Positions 40,892-51,722 of a stretch of 64,000 bases of DNA are shown here, in pieces; position 1 is the stretch's first letter, and the number at the start of each line of letters is the position of its first letter. A program made the position numbers and the translations under genes. The notes beneath the pieces are model-generated. The model was given only the letters and a program-made list of their open reading frames with translations, made no database searches and had not been told where the DNA came from. The stretch comes from an uncultured delta proteobacterium (lineage in GTDB: Bacteria; Myxococcota; Myxococcia; Myxococcales; Myxococcaceae), in assembly GCA_963713045.1 (NCBI GenBank), contig CAVQKE010000001.1:32001-96000 (forward strand). The letters are read 5' to 3'.

Positions 40892-40977
40892 GCAATTCCC
40901 CTCTCCACGTGGACGCTGCAGCAATGGCCGTCAGCGGGAATCTCTCCGGCAGAGCACCAGCTTCGGCGCCCCTGTAC

Positions 40978-40992
40978 GCAAGGTGCGTTCCA
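40978..40992 (-). promoter_or_regulatory. sigma54 -24/-12 promoter of the porin
   Basis: Minus strand TGGAACGCACCTTGC (GG-N10-GC). Confidence 0.75.
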
Positions 40993-41055
40993 CTAGAGAC
41001 CGGAGCCAAGGTCAAGCGCTTAAATCAAAGGGGGATTTTCTTGCCGTGGTGATGG

Positions 41056-41081
41056 GTAACAGGGCGTTACCATCCGTAACG
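41056..41081 (-). promoter_or_regulatory. Tripartite CbrB-type upstream activating site 3
   Basis: Minus strand CGTTAC-ggatg-GTAACG-ccc-TGTTAC. Confidence 0.75.
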
Positions 41082-41284
41082 CCGCGCAATGCCCCGACAT
41101 TGGCCTGCGGTGGGGCTTGGGCGCTTCGGCGCTTGACACCCCGCCGGGGCGCATTTGTTGCGACCCCGTCAACTGCTGCAGCGCGTCAACTCCTCGAAAA
41201 GCTTGGCGCAGTGGGGCGTCACACGGCGGCAAGCTGCTTGCGTCCGGTTTGCAGCCCGGCTGGGGAAGGCTGCCGCAGGGTAAA

Positions 41285-41357
41285 TGAGAGCGGAGGGAAT
41301 CGAACCCACAACCTATGGATTAAGAGTCCATTGCTCTGCCAATTGAGCTACGCTCCC
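41285..41357 (-). tRNA. tRNA-Lys(CTT)
   Basis: GGGAGCG acceptor, TAGCTCAATTGGCAGAGC D-arm, ATGGA-CTCTTAA-TCCAT anticodon arm, GGTTCGATTCC; CCA not encoded. Confidence 0.95.
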
Positions 41358-41503
41358 CCGCCTGCGCGAGGCGCGGGCTTGTACTGAGGGGCCCCCGGGA
41401 AGTCAACGTGGGTGGGGTGCCTTCGCTTTTCGCCCCGGAGGAGTAGACTTCCTGACTGGTGGGGCTCCCCACGAGGGGACGGGACCCTGCGGTGGAGGTT
41501 GTT

Positions 41504-42685
41504 ATGGCGCCGCGTCCTTTCCGCATGCGCCTGTGTCTCGGTGCAGCCGTGCTGTGGGCGCTTGCCGGATGCGCCACGACCGCCGTCACTTCCACGCCAA
41601 GCGGTCCGACCTGGCTTCAGGACGGCATCGCCCGCGGGCTTCCCATGGAAGACCCGCTGCAATTCAGTAGCTTCGCCAAGGACACCATCGCCCTGCGCGC
41701 CTCCCAAGGGCCCGGGGAACGTGCTCGGATGCAGGGGCTGGTGCGTTACCTGGTGGACAAGGACGGCCTCAACTTTCGCTACGTCCACACCCGCACCCTC
41801 AACGCCGAGGCGGCCTTCGAGGCCGCCGAGGGCGACTGCATGAGCTACGCGATGCTCTACGTGGCAGCGGCCCGGAGCATGGGGCTCGAGGTGCACTTCG
41901 TGCGCATCACCACCTTGCCCGTCTCCTGGGAGGAGGGGGGACGCTTCTTCACGGCGTCTCACATCGCTGTCGCGCATGGCATGGACACGGGCGCGGACGC
42001 CATGGTGGTGGACTTCTCTGCCACCCACACCACGGAATGGCGCTTCTCTCTGTACACCGCCATCGACGATGAGACCGCCTTCGTCCTCTTCCACAGCAAC
42101 AAGGCGGTCGAGCTTTTGCTCCACGACAAACCGGTGGAGGCCGAACACCTCCTGAATTACCTTCTCGCCCACGCCCCGGTGGTTCCGGAGGTCTACAACA
42201 ACCTCGGCATCGCGCTGATGCGCGAGCACCGCCCCGAGGAGGCCACCGAGCTGTACGGGGAGGCCATCGAGCGTTTTCCGCGCTTCGTCCCGCTCTACAG
42301 CAATGCGCTGGCCGCCGCGGCAGCCAGCGGCATGCCGGACCTGGTGAAGCTGTGGAAGACGGAGGGGAAGAAGGTGGCGGAACGCGACCCCGCCTTCAGC
42401 TTTGCCCAGGGCATGTTGGCCTTCCGCAACGCTGACTTCCCGGCCGCGGCCGAGCACTTTGCTCGGGCGCTGGAGACACAGCCGAACGACCTCACGCTGC
42501 TCGCCTGGACTGCGCGCGCCCACCTGTCGGCCGGAGACTTGGACCACGGCCGGCAAGACGTCGAGCGCATCCAGCAGCAGGCTCCCTCGGAGGAGCAGCG
42601 CAGCCTCCTCGGCGCCCTGCAGCGCGAGTTCCCGGCCGCCGGCATCGTGTTGCCGGCGTCGCCTCCCTCGGCGGCGCGCTCCTAG
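41504..42685 (+). CDS. Lipoprotein with transglutaminase-like domain and TPR repeats
   Basis: Lipobox LAGC; GDCMSYAML Cys, SHI His, VVDF Asp; YNNLG TPR motifs. Confidence 0.78.
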   Translation: MAPRPFRMRLCLGAAVLWALAGCATTAVTSTPSGPTWLQDGIARGLPMEDPLQFSSFAKDTIALRASQGPGERARMQGLVRYLVDKDGLNFRYVHTRTLNAEAAFEAAEGDCMSYAMLYVAAARSMGLEVHFVRITTLPVSWEEGGRFFTASHIAVAHGMDTGADAMVVDFSATHTTEWRFSLYTAIDDETAFVLFHSNKAVELLLHDKPVEAEHLLNYLLAHAPVVPEVYNNLGIALMREHRPEEATELYGEAIERFPRFVPLYSNALAAAAASGMPDLVKLWKTEGKKVAERDPAFSFAQGMLAFRNADFPAAAEHFARALETQPNDLTLLAWTARAHLSAGDLDHGRQDVERIQQQAPSEEQRSLLGALQREFPAAGIVLPASPPSAARS

Positions 42686-42694
42686 TCGCTCCCC

Positions 42695-44627
42695 TCAGCC
42701 GGCGCCGGCGCGCGCACCGGCCGGAGTCAGCATCAGGCGCACTCGTTCAGCCAGTCCGTCGAGGCTGAAGGGCTTTTGCAAGAAGTGTCCGGACAACTCG
42801 CGCCGCAGCGTGGCGTCCAGCATCGCCTCGCTGTAGCCACTCACCAGCAGCACCGGAAGGCCGGGGCGTCGCCTCAGCATTTCGCGGTAGGTGTCGAGCG
42901 CGGACAAGCCGGGCAGCACCGCGTCCAAAAGCACCAAGTCCACCCCGCCCTGGTCGAGCACGGCCAGGGCCGCCTCGCCATCGGCCGCCGCCAGCACGCG
43001 GTAGCCAGCGTGCTCCAGCATCCGCACCATCCCGAGGCGGACGCTGGCGTCGTCCTCCACCACCAGCAGCGTCCCGGAGCCGAGGCGGTGTGGGGCCGCC
43101 GCCCAGGGCCGGTACCACCACGGCGTCGGCCTCGACGGCCGGCAACAGCACGGAAAAGGTGCTGCCTGCCCCGGGGGCGCTGTCCACCTCAATCATCCCG
43201 TCGTGCTGGCGCACAATGCCGTGCACCACCGCCAGGCCGAGCCCAGTGCCCCGCCCCGGGGCCTTGGTGGTGAAGAAGGGCTCGAAAATCCGTTCCAGGG
43301 TCCGGGGATGAATCCCGGTTCCACTGTCTTCGACCGTGAGGAAAACGTACCGCTTCCCGGGGACGCTTCGTGCCCGGGCTGCGAGTTCCGGGCCGGCGGT
43401 TAGATTTCCGGTGCGGACGGTGAGTCGGCCACCCTCCGGCATCGCATCCCGAGCGTTGATGCAGAGGTTCATCAGCACCTGCTCCAGCTGGGCGCTGTCG
43501 CCGCTGATGGCCCACACATCTGGCTGGAGCTCGACCGCAAAACGGACGTGCTCGCCGATGACGCGCCGGAGCAGGCTTTCCACGTCGAGCACCACCTCAT
43601 TGAGGCTGAGGGTCCGCCGCGCGAGCGGCTGCTTTCGGGCGAAGGCGAGCAGCTGGCGCACCAGGGCTGCCGCCCGTTGGCATTGCCGCTCGATTTCGGC
43701 CAGGTCGCCCTCGGCGGCATGGTCTCTCGGGAGTTCGAGACGGGCCATCGCCGCCGCACTCTGGATGCCGGTGAGGACGTTGTTGAAGTCGTGGGCCACG
43801 CCACCGGCCAGCATGCCCACGGTGTCCATTTTCTGGGTGCGCTGGACTTCGGCCTCGAGCCGCCGCCGGTCGGTGACGTCCCGCACCGTCACCACCAGGC
43901 TGGGCTCGGTGTCCGGCACCGCGGCCACCGACACCTCCAGCTGCAGCAGCGAGCCATCGGCCCGCCGGGCCTCGCATTCGCGGGAGCCCTGGCCCACTGC
44001 AGAGGAGAAGCCCGGCGGCAAAAAGTCCTCGGCGGGTCGGCCCAACACCTCCTCGGCCCGCACGCCGAAGATGCGCTCCGCCGCGGGGTTCATCGAGACC
44101 AGCGCGCCGGCCGCGGAAACGGTGAGCAACCCATCCGGCACGTGCGCCATCACCGCTCGCAGCTCGGCCTCGCTGCGGCGAAGGGCGGCGTCGGCGCGGC
44201 GCCGGGCGGCCCGCTGAACGGCCTCTCCGCACTCGCGCTCCACGGCGGGCCCGAGGCGAGTCAGGTTGTCCTTCATCAAATAGTCGTCGGCGCCGGCCTT
44301 CATCGCGGCGACTGCGTCGTGCTCGGAAATGGCGCCGCTCACAATGAGGAAGGGCACGTCGCGTCCGGTGTGCTGCAATATCCGCAGTGCTTCCAGCGCA
44401 GAGAAGCGCGGCATGCGATGGTCCGAGACGATGACGTCCCAAAGGGTGGTGCTGCCCAGCGCCGCGGCAAAACCCTCGGGCGTGTCCACCCGCTCCGGAC
44501 GGATGAGTCGTCCCTCCGAGGAGAGCGCATGGACGATGAGCGCCGCGTCCGCCTCCGAGTCCTCGACCAGAAGCACGCGTAGCACGTCTCGTGTCCCCGT
44601 CGTCCGCTGCGGCTCGCGTTCGCCCAT
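42695..44627 (-). CDS. Hybrid histidine kinase REC-PAS-HisKA-HATPase-REC, frameshift near 43095
   Basis: VLLVEDS REC; AHDFNNVL; NARDAM; GTGLGL; C-terminal REC (GTLLVVEDD...FLQKPF) in a different frame. Confidence 0.85.
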
Positions 44628-44781
44628 CGCGTCTGGCGCAACATCAGACACGAAGTGCGGCGCCCAAGGCGAGGGAAGGGCCGGGCGACTGTGTACCCGA
44701 AAGAGCGATGCTGTGGGCACCTCACCCCGGTTGTCGCCTAGACTCCCCTGGCCCGGGGCGCTCACCGAGGGAGGTACGGCC

Positions 44782-45267
44782 ATGGCAAGCAGACAACGGA
44801 AGCACACCCGCAAGAGCGCTCCGCTGCGCACCACGTCCCGTTTGGCCAAACCAGCCAAGGCCGGAGGCGCGACACGCGCTGAACCGGCGCCCCGCATCGC
44901 CCCCACGGCGAACGCGGCCGGGCGCAAGCGCGCCATGCCCGACGTCGAGGTGGGCCTGCGCGAAAAACCTCCTGGGCGGCCGGAGCAAACGCGTGCCTTC
45001 TTCCTGGACGCGCGGCACGCCACCGATGAGTTGGCCGAGGAGCTAGGAGAAAGCTTCGTCCTCAGCGCCACCAGCGGCGAGGACCCGGAGGAGTACTACC
45101 AGAGCGAGCGTCCCGAGGAGGAAGGCGGTCCCTTCCTAGAGACGAGCGGACACATCGAATTTGCCCATGGCGTCGATGAGAGCAACCCCGAGGACGCCGA
45201 GCCGGCGCCCTGGCCGGCGGTGTCCCCCGGTCAGCCGCCGCCTCACCGCTCGGGCGGCCCCAGGTAG
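44782..45267 (+). CDS. Hypothetical protein with basic N-terminus and acidic C-terminus
   Basis: GGAGG RBS; DELAEELGESFVLSATSGED...EEEGGPF. Confidence 0.7.
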   Translation: MASRQRKHTRKSAPLRTTSRLAKPAKAGGATRAEPAPRIAPTANAAGRKRAMPDVEVGLREKPPGRPEQTRAFFLDARHATDELAEELGESFVLSATSGEDPEEYYQSERPEEEGGPFLETSGHIEFAHGVDESNPEDAEPAPWPAVSPGQPPPHRSGGPR

Positions 45268-46721
45268 CCGAGGCACCGCCACACGCGGAAGGCGCGCACC
45301 GACCGGGCCCCGAGCGTGACACGTAGCCACGGTTCGGCGCGCACTTCACGGAAGGCCTGGACCAGCCGCGCCGGGGGCAGGCCGAACGGCTCGCTGCCGG
45401 TTGGGTCCTGCGGCGCCGAGTCGACGAAGAGCGCGTCACGGCCGACCAGCTGGCGCGGGTCGAGCCCGGCGTAGTCGAACTGAAGCGCGCGCTCATTGAG
45501 GACGTTGCGGCCGTAGACTTCGAGGCGCGAGTAGAAGAGGAGCTCCGCCGTCGTCTTGTAGTCATCCGCCGAAAAGACGAACTCGCCCGGCCGGACGCGC
45601 GCCTCCACCTGTGCCGCAAGCGCCCGCCAGCCCACCCACGTGTCGTCGGTGCGCAGCACCACCGGGTAGAAGAGGAGCTCCGCCACAAACAGCGCGTGGA
45701 GTGCCGCACTGCACAGGAGATTCCAACGCAAGAGCCGCGGCCGCAGGTACCGTGCCGCCCACAACACCCCGGTGACGTAAGCCGGCAGAAGCCAGTTGGG
45801 CTTCACCAGCACCGCTGCGCTGAGAAGCACCCCGACCACCAGGACCGGCAGACAGAAAGCGGCGAGGAAGAGTTCCTCGGGCGAGAGGGCACGCCGCGCC
45901 AGTGCGCGCATGCCCCGCACCACGGTGCCCACCAGGAGCACCAAGAGCGGCGGAAGCAGCAGCGCCGCTTGCGTGCAAACCAGAGCAAGCAGGTGCCGGA
46001 CGCCGAGGCCGGAGGCGGACTGGATTCGGCCAGTCGTCTGGAAGAGGAAGGACGCCCAGCCGTGCTGGGCATTCCAAACATAAACGGGCAGCGCCACCAG
46101 CTGCGCCACCCCGACCGCGAGGTAAGGCCCGGGGGTCCGGAGGAGCCGACGGTGCTCTTGCGAGGCCAACAGAAAGAGGACCAGTCCCACCGGAAGGGCC
46201 GCCGCGGTGTACTTGGCGTCGAAGGCGAGGCCCATCAGTGCCCCGGCCACTGGCCACGCGCCGCGGGCGCCGCCGAAGACAGCGGCCGCCAGTGCCAGGA
46301 CCGCCAGCGTCCAAGCGCACACCAGCGGGGCGTCCGGGAGGGCCACCAGAGACAGCAACGTCACGACGCCAGTGGTGGAGAAAAGCAGCGCGGCCTGGCT
46401 GACTCCGGCCGGCACGAAGCGTCTGGCCAAGCGATAGAAGGCCACTTGGGTGAGAAGCGTGTAGAAAAAGGGCACCGCGCGGAGTGCCAGCGGGCGATGG
46501 CCGAACAGGTGAAACGAGCCAGCGAGAGACCAAGCCAGAAGGGGTGGGTGGTCAAAGTAGGAGAGCGCCGGGTGGACGGCCCAAAAGGCGTAGTAGGCCT
46601 CCTGTGGCACCAACTCGAAGGCCGGCAGAAGGAGAGCTCGCGCCAGGGCGAGGGCCAGTAGCCCCCAGCCCCACGCGGGGAGGCCCCACCACCGGTTCGG
46701 TGCCTGTGGGCTGGCGGCCAT
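45243..46721 (-). CDS. GT-C glycosyltransferase (ArnT/PMT, GT39/GT83-like)
   Basis: QEAYY, LSYFDHPPL, PDAPL, AKYT, WNAQHGWASF; multiple TMs. Confidence 0.85.
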   Translation of the reverse strand: MAASPQAPNRWWGLPAWGWGLLALALARALLLPAFELVPQEAYYAFWAVHPALSYFDHPPLLAWSLAGSFHLFGHRPLALRAVPFFYTLLTQVAFYRLARRFVPAGVSQAALLFSTTGVVTLLSLVALPDAPLVCAWTLAVLALAAAVFGGARGAWPVAGALMGLAFDAKYTAAALPVGLVLFLLASQEHRRLLRTPGPYLAVGVAQLVALPVYVWNAQHGWASFLFQTTGRIQSASGLGVRHLLALVCTQAALLLPPLLVLLVGTVVRGMRALARRALSPEELFLAAFCLPVLVVGVLLSAAVLVKPNWLLPAYVTGVLWAARYLRPRLLRWNLLCSAALHALFVAELLFYPVVLRTDDTWVGWRALAAQVEARVRPGEFVFSADDYKTTAELLFYSRLEVYGRNVLNERALQFDYAGLDPRQLVGRDALFVDSAPQDPTGSEPFGLPPARLVQAFREVRAEPWLRVTLGARSVRAFRVWRCLGYLGPPER

Positions 46722-46906
46722 GCTTCTCAATTTTTCACCGACGGATTGGCAACTGTGCCCCTGGTCTGACGGCAGTGTGCCGCGATGCCTTGAACCGCGG
46801 AGACGCCGGCAAGAAAACGAAGGACAACCAAGCAGTACGCCTTGCAGTCTCCCGCCGCGCAGGCGTCCGTGTCAGGGGCGCGAGCGAGGTTCCTGTGGAG
46901 GCTTTC

Positions 46907-47407
46907 ATGGGGCCGCCCACCGACGCAACCGAGGAGGACGCCCCTGGCATCCTCGCCATCTTCAACGACGTCATCGCGAACACCACCGCCGTGTATCGCG
47001 AGGAGCCAGTCGCGCTCGAGGAGCGGCTGGCGTGGATGAAGTCCAGGGTGGCCGCAGGCTACCCCGTCCTCGTCGTGCGCGATGGAAACGGCGTGGCCGG
47101 CTTCGCCTCCTTTGGCGAATTCCGGGCGTGGCCCTGTTACCGCCATACCGTCGAGCACACCGTGCACGTCCGCACCGATGCACGCGGAAAGGGTCTCGGA
47201 CTCATCCTCGTCGAAGCACTTCTTGGCCGGGCCAGAAACCTTGGAAAGCATGTCCTCGTGGCCGGCATCGACGCGGACAACGCCGTCTCCCTGCGGCTCC
47301 ACGTTCGGCTGGGCTTCGAAGAGGTGGGCCGCTTCCGTGAAGTGGGGAGGAAGTTCGACCGCTGGCTCGACCTCGTCTTTCTGCAGCGCTACATCGACAG
47401 GCCCTAA
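46907..47407 (+). CDS. Phosphinothricin / methionine-sulfoximine N-acetyltransferase-like GNAT (YncA/MddA type)
   Basis: ILAIFNDVIANTTA, FRAWPCYRHTVEH, SLRLH..LGF, VGRKFDRWLD; GGAGG RBS. Confidence 0.88.
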   Translation: MGPPTDATEEDAPGILAIFNDVIANTTAVYREEPVALEERLAWMKSRVAAGYPVLVVRDGNGVAGFASFGEFRAWPCYRHTVEHTVHVRTDARGKGLGLILVEALLGRARNLGKHVLVAGIDADNAVSLRLHVRLGFEEVGRFREVGRKFDRWLDLVFLQRYIDRP

Positions 47408-47488
47408 CGCCAAAGGGCAGCCACGCCGCGCCTTGGGGGTGTCGCCCTACACGGTACGGCCACTGCCGTAGGCACCGCCGACTGGCCA

Positions 47489-48858
47489 TCAGGGCTCGAA
47501 GACCTCGGCCGCCTCCGTCGACTCAAGCTCCTCCTCCTCGCCCTGGGTCTCGCCGCTGCGGTCGAGGGCCACTTTGAAAAGCACCGGCCCCACCATCTCG
47601 TTCATCGCCACCGTGGCCACCGCCAAGGCACCCAGTCCAGCTCCGAAGGCGGGGAATTCGCTCTGGATGCTGCTGGAAATGCCCAGCGCAAGTCCGGCCT
47701 GGGACACCAGCCCCGACCATCCCCAGCGCCGCAGCGCGGGGGGTCTTCGGCAAGACGGCTGGCCACGCGGCCGGCAACCCACGAGGTCACGCCGCGCGAG
47801 ACGACGAAGAGCAGTGCTACTGGCCACAGCACCCGCAGCACGGGAAGGTCGAGATGGGCGCCGGCCACACCGAAGAAGACGACGTACACCACCTCGCCCA
47901 TCGACTCGATGGAGGTGACGAAGCGGGCCCCCTGCTTCGACAAATTCTGCACCACGAAGCCGGCGGTCATGAAAATCAACAGCCAATCGAAGTGCAGGTA
48001 GTCGAACAGTTCCGTGAAGACGAGACCCAGGGCGATGAGGAGCAGCGCCAGCCCCTTGCCGCTCCCGAGACGCAGGTACGCGGCCAGCAACAGTCCCAGC
48101 GTCGTTCCCACCGAGATGCTCCCCATCAGCTCCACCCCGAGCTCCCGGAATGCCGCCATGGAAAACGTCGACCCGGGGAGAATGAGTGGGCGGGCGACGG
48201 TCATCACCAACGCGAGCAGCACCACCACCACCACGTCCGAGGACATGACAAAGTTGAGGGTGAAGGTGGCCAGGGGACCCTGGGCGCGCGTCTGGGAGAG
48301 AATGCCAAGCGTGGCCGAGGGACTGCGGGTGACCGCGACAACGCCCCACAAAAGTGCAACGCCCACCACCCCTGCGGTAGGCACGCCCGCCAAAAAGGGG
48401 AGCAGCGGGCGAGCTGCAATGAAGACGGTGGCCAGCACCACCATCACCAGCAGGTTCTGCCAGAGGGTGGCCCAGGCCAGGCTCCGAAAGCCACTCTTCA
48501 ACGCGGCGAGTTTCAACTCTGCGCCACCCGCCAGGGCAATGAGGGAGAGCGCAAGCTGGTTGACCGGCGCCAGGTCCTCGACGGACTGGTGGTCCACCAT
48601 GCCCAGCGCGTAGGGGCCCGTCGCCACCCCGGCCAAGAGGTACCCGGTGAGGTGGGGCAGCCCGACCAACTCGAGGAGGTTGGCCAGCACCGCGCCGCCC
48701 ATCAGCAGAATGCCGACCGAGGCGATGGTCCCGGCGCCACTGCCGAACGCCGGGAAGAGTCGGCGGGCCGCCACCAACAGGGCCAGCAGGACGAGCACCA
48801 CGACGGCTTCAAGAAGCCGCTCGCCGAGCGGCCTCGGGGCCTCCTCGGCACCACTCAT
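47489..48858 (-). CDS. Cation:proton antiporter-like membrane protein, frameshift at G6 run 47738-47743
   Basis: GLPHLTGYLLAG..GP, IALAGGAEL, SPSAT; C-terminus GLVSQAGLALG...NEMVGP in a second frame. Confidence 0.78.
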
Positions 48859-50096
48859 GAAGTGGCCCCGACGGCACCCGCTGCAACAGGTGCGCTCGGG
48901 CTCTCGTTCAACTCCCCCGCCCGGCCCATTGCTCGACGAAGGCTGGCTGGGCCAAGCAGCTCGCCCACCACCACGCTGGTGGTCGACGCCGCCAGGACGG
49001 TCGCCCCCACCATCCCCGGAAAAGCGAGGGCGAAGGACAGCCCGACGGCGATGCTGAGGGCGCCGGAGGAGACGAGGCCCAACCCCAGCCCCGGCCCGGC
49101 GGGCCGAGCCTCCGGCCAGACGGCCCACAGCCCGACCCCGCTCAGCAGCTTCATCAGCAGGCGCGCAGCCACGGCCGCTCCCACGAACCACCGCACCGCC
49201 CCGTCCAGGGTCGTCATCGCACCGGCTACAAGAAGCACCGGGAGGAGGACAAAGCGCTCGGAGATTGCTGCCCGTCGCACGCGGGCGCGGTGGCGGGAAA
49301 CGGTGGCCAGCCCGAGCCCGAGTCCAAAGGGGACCGCCAACAGCGACTGGCCCAGTCGGACGGTGAAGCCGATGGCGATGAGAGTGACGCCGAGCAGCAC
49401 GCCGCGGAAGACGTTGAGGCGGAACGTTCGGCCGAGCATCAATGCCGCCGCCACACCCAAGAGCCATCCGATGAGGGGCTGCGCGGCAGCCTCGGCGGCG
49501 ACTGGCAGCGGACCGAAGACGGAAGGAAGGGGCTGCAAGGCCACAGCGACCGCGGCGAGGCTGATTGGCACCAGGTCATCCCCAGCAGCCAGGTCGGCCA
49601 GTCGGCTGAAGAGGGGTCCGCGGGCGCCGTAGCGCTGGGCCGCCCATCGGAAGACAGAACGCGTCGTTTCAGAGAGCGCGGCGCCGGTGCCAAGCACCAG
49701 CACCCAGCGTTCCCGGTCAGACAGTCCGGCCGGCGCAGCCCACGGCAACCACGTCAGGCACAACAGGACAGCTGCCCCCACCCCAACGGCACACACCAGC
49801 GCCAAGGCGATGCCCCAAAGCGCGCTCAACGGCCGCACCGGACGACCCAGCACCCGTCCAAACACCAGGCCCGCGTCCATGGCCAACCAGCCGACCCCAA
49901 CCTGGGCCAGTGGGGTAAAAAGTTCCAGGCTGTCCTGAGAGACGAGGTCAAGCACCGTCGGGCCGGCTGCGAAGCCAAGCATCACCACCCCGGCCCCAGA
50001 GGCCAACCCTCGCGCCGGCACCTTCCGTCCGCCCACCACGAAGCCGCCCAGGTAGGAGGCAACGAGGAGCAGCCCGAGGAGGGCAAGACCCGTCAT
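48855..50096 (-). CDS. Divergent cation:proton antiporter-like membrane protein
   Basis: About 12 hydrophobic segments; LGFAAGP, GELLGPASL; ATGA-coupled. Confidence 0.6.
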   Translation of the reverse strand: MTGLALLGLLLVASYLGGFVVGGRKVPARGLASGAGVVMLGFAAGPTVLDLVSQDSLELFTPLAQVGVGWLAMDAGLVFGRVLGRPVRPLSALWGIALALVCAVGVGAAVLLCLTWLPWAAPAGLSDRERWVLVLGTGAALSETTRSVFRWAAQRYGARGPLFSRLADLAAGDDLVPISLAAVAVALQPLPSVFGPLPVAAEAAAQPLIGWLLGVAAALMLGRTFRLNVFRGVLLGVTLIAIGFTVRLGQSLLAVPFGLGLGLATVSRHRARVRRAAISERFVLLPVLLVAGAMTTLDGAVRWFVGAAVAARLLMKLLSGVGLWAVWPEARPAGPGLGLGLVSSGALSIAVGLSFALAFPGMVGATVLAASTTSVVVGELLGPASLRRAMGRAGELNESPSAPVAAGAVGATS

Positions 50097-51598
50097 GGGT
50101 GGTCTCCGGCCTCTCCCAGCGATGCGAGTTGAACGCCGGCGTCCTTGAGGACGCTGGCCACCCGGAGGCCGATGTCCTCGTAGCTTGAGGTGACGCGGTA
50201 CACTGCGCCGGCGGCGTCCAAGGCAGTCAGCTCGACCCGCGCCCCGGAGGCGTGCGACCCGGCGGCGTGTAACAACAGGGACTGGACGCGGGTTTGGTCC
50301 TCGCTGCCGCCGACAGCGACCTCAAATCTGTTGAGCGGGGCAGACCCGAGGACGCGGGTTGGCTGAAAGAGCGAAACCAAGTGCGGGATGCGGACCGGTC
50401 GGCCCGCTGCGTCCTCCAGCACCACCGACAGGAGGTCGACCTCCTTCACCGTCCCCACCTTGCCGCCCACTTCCGCCACCTCACCCACCCGCAGGCCCCG
50501 GCCATACACAACCGGAAGCCCGGCCACGACAGCTGCGAACAACGGCGCGCAGGCGATGGCCAGGCCGATGAGCATCGCTTGCGCCAGCCCGTGAAACGGG
50601 CCCGCCGCGTCGCCGCTGATGACCGGCGCAGCGAACAGCACCGCGAGGATGAGGAGAACCGCCTGTAACAGCGTGCTCGTCGGCTTCGCCAAGTCGGCCG
50701 GCACCCAGGCCAGGTGCGTGTCACCACGGGCGACGCTGCCGAAGAAGAGTCCGACAGCACGCAGGACGAGGTACAGCACCAGCCCCAGGACGCCCAAGGC
50801 CAGGAGTTGTGGAATTGCCCCCACCAGACGGGCGAACACCCGCCCGAGCGGTTCGAGCAGCATCCCGGTGATGCGGTCGCCAGTGGCGCGCGTCGCCTGG
50901 AAGAAGCTCAGGACTGTGTAGAGCCAGATGTAGACCAGGACGACTTGGAGGACTCGCTTGCCAAATCGCAAGACGACATGAAGGCCGCCACGGACGGCCG
51001 TTTGGCTGGCGAGCTCCACGTTGCCGAGGCGAACCGCGGGCGCCCGCTGCGGCTGCGCATCGAGCCAGCGCTCGGCCGCTGCTTCCAGGTCCCCCAACTT
51101 GCGGATGAGGAGAAACGCCACCAGGCCAAGGAAGACGGCCGAGGAGATGCGCAAGACTAGATTTTGCAGCGCCTCACGGCGCGCCTCGGCGTTCAGCGCG
51201 TGCTCGAGAGTGGCCTTGGCTGCCGAGGCATAGACGTGAAGGCTCGCGTCGCCCGCAGCGGCCGCGTCCTGGGCAGCAAGTTGAAGCACGGGCGCCGCTC
51301 CGACGAAGAGGGTGGCCCGGTCGTCTGCCTCGTCGAGGCGGACTGTCTTTGGACCCGGCGACTCAAGCGCGCTGGCCAACGCCTGTGTGGCATTGCGCGC
51401 GCGCACTTCCGCCGACTGGCCCCCGAGGGGGGCACTGAGGGGAAGAAGGCGATGGCTGCGGAGACGAACGTATGCCACCTCTTCGCCTGAGGGGGCCGCA
51501 GGTGGCTCGGCCGCTCGGCTCGAGCTGCCGGCTGACAGAAGCAAGCCGCTGGTCAGGGCCAAAAGGGGAAGGACACCGACTGCCCGACGCAGGCACAT
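50093..51598 (-). CDS. MscS-family mechanosensitive channel with N-terminal periplasmic domain
   Basis: Signal peptide, TM region, YGRGLRVGEVAEVGGKVGTVKEVDLL beta-domain, VRIPH. Confidence 0.75.
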   Translation of the reverse strand: MCLRRAVGVLPLLALTSGLLLSAGSSSRAAEPPAAPSGEEVAYVRLRSHRLLPLSAPLGGQSAEVRARNATQALASALESPGPKTVRLDEADDRATLFVGAAPVLQLAAQDAAAAGDASLHVYASAAKATLEHALNAEARREALQNLVLRISSAVFLGLVAFLLIRKLGDLEAAAERWLDAQPQRAPAVRLGNVELASQTAVRGGLHVVLRFGKRVLQVVLVYIWLYTVLSFFQATRATGDRITGMLLEPLGRVFARLVGAIPQLLALGVLGLVLYLVLRAVGLFFGSVARGDTHLAWVPADLAKPTSTLLQAVLLILAVLFAAPVISGDAAGPFHGLAQAMLIGLAIACAPLFAAVVAGLPVVYGRGLRVGEVAEVGGKVGTVKEVDLLSVVLEDAAGRPVRIPHLVSLFQPTRVLGSAPLNRFEVAVGGSEDQTRVQSLLLHAAGSHASGARVELTALDAAGAVYRVTSSYEDIGLRVASVLKDAGVQLASLGEAGDHP

Positions 51599-51722
51599 GG
51601 GCCAAGGAGCGTCACCCTGCCTTCCTCCAAGGTCAAGGAGCGTCTTGAGGCAAGAAGCGCACGTTGCTGCCCTTGGACTTCAGCGCGCCTCTTGCGGCAC
51701 CGGACGGGGGCCGAGCGCCGTT

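Noticed and set aside
41024..41040. IHF site between the activator motif and the porin promoter
   Set aside because: AATCAA is present but the downstream TTR element of the consensus is missing
41285..41357. Prophage or integrative element at tRNA-Lys (or tRNA-Leu)
   Set aside because: No integrase and no duplicated tRNA 3' end seen in the window
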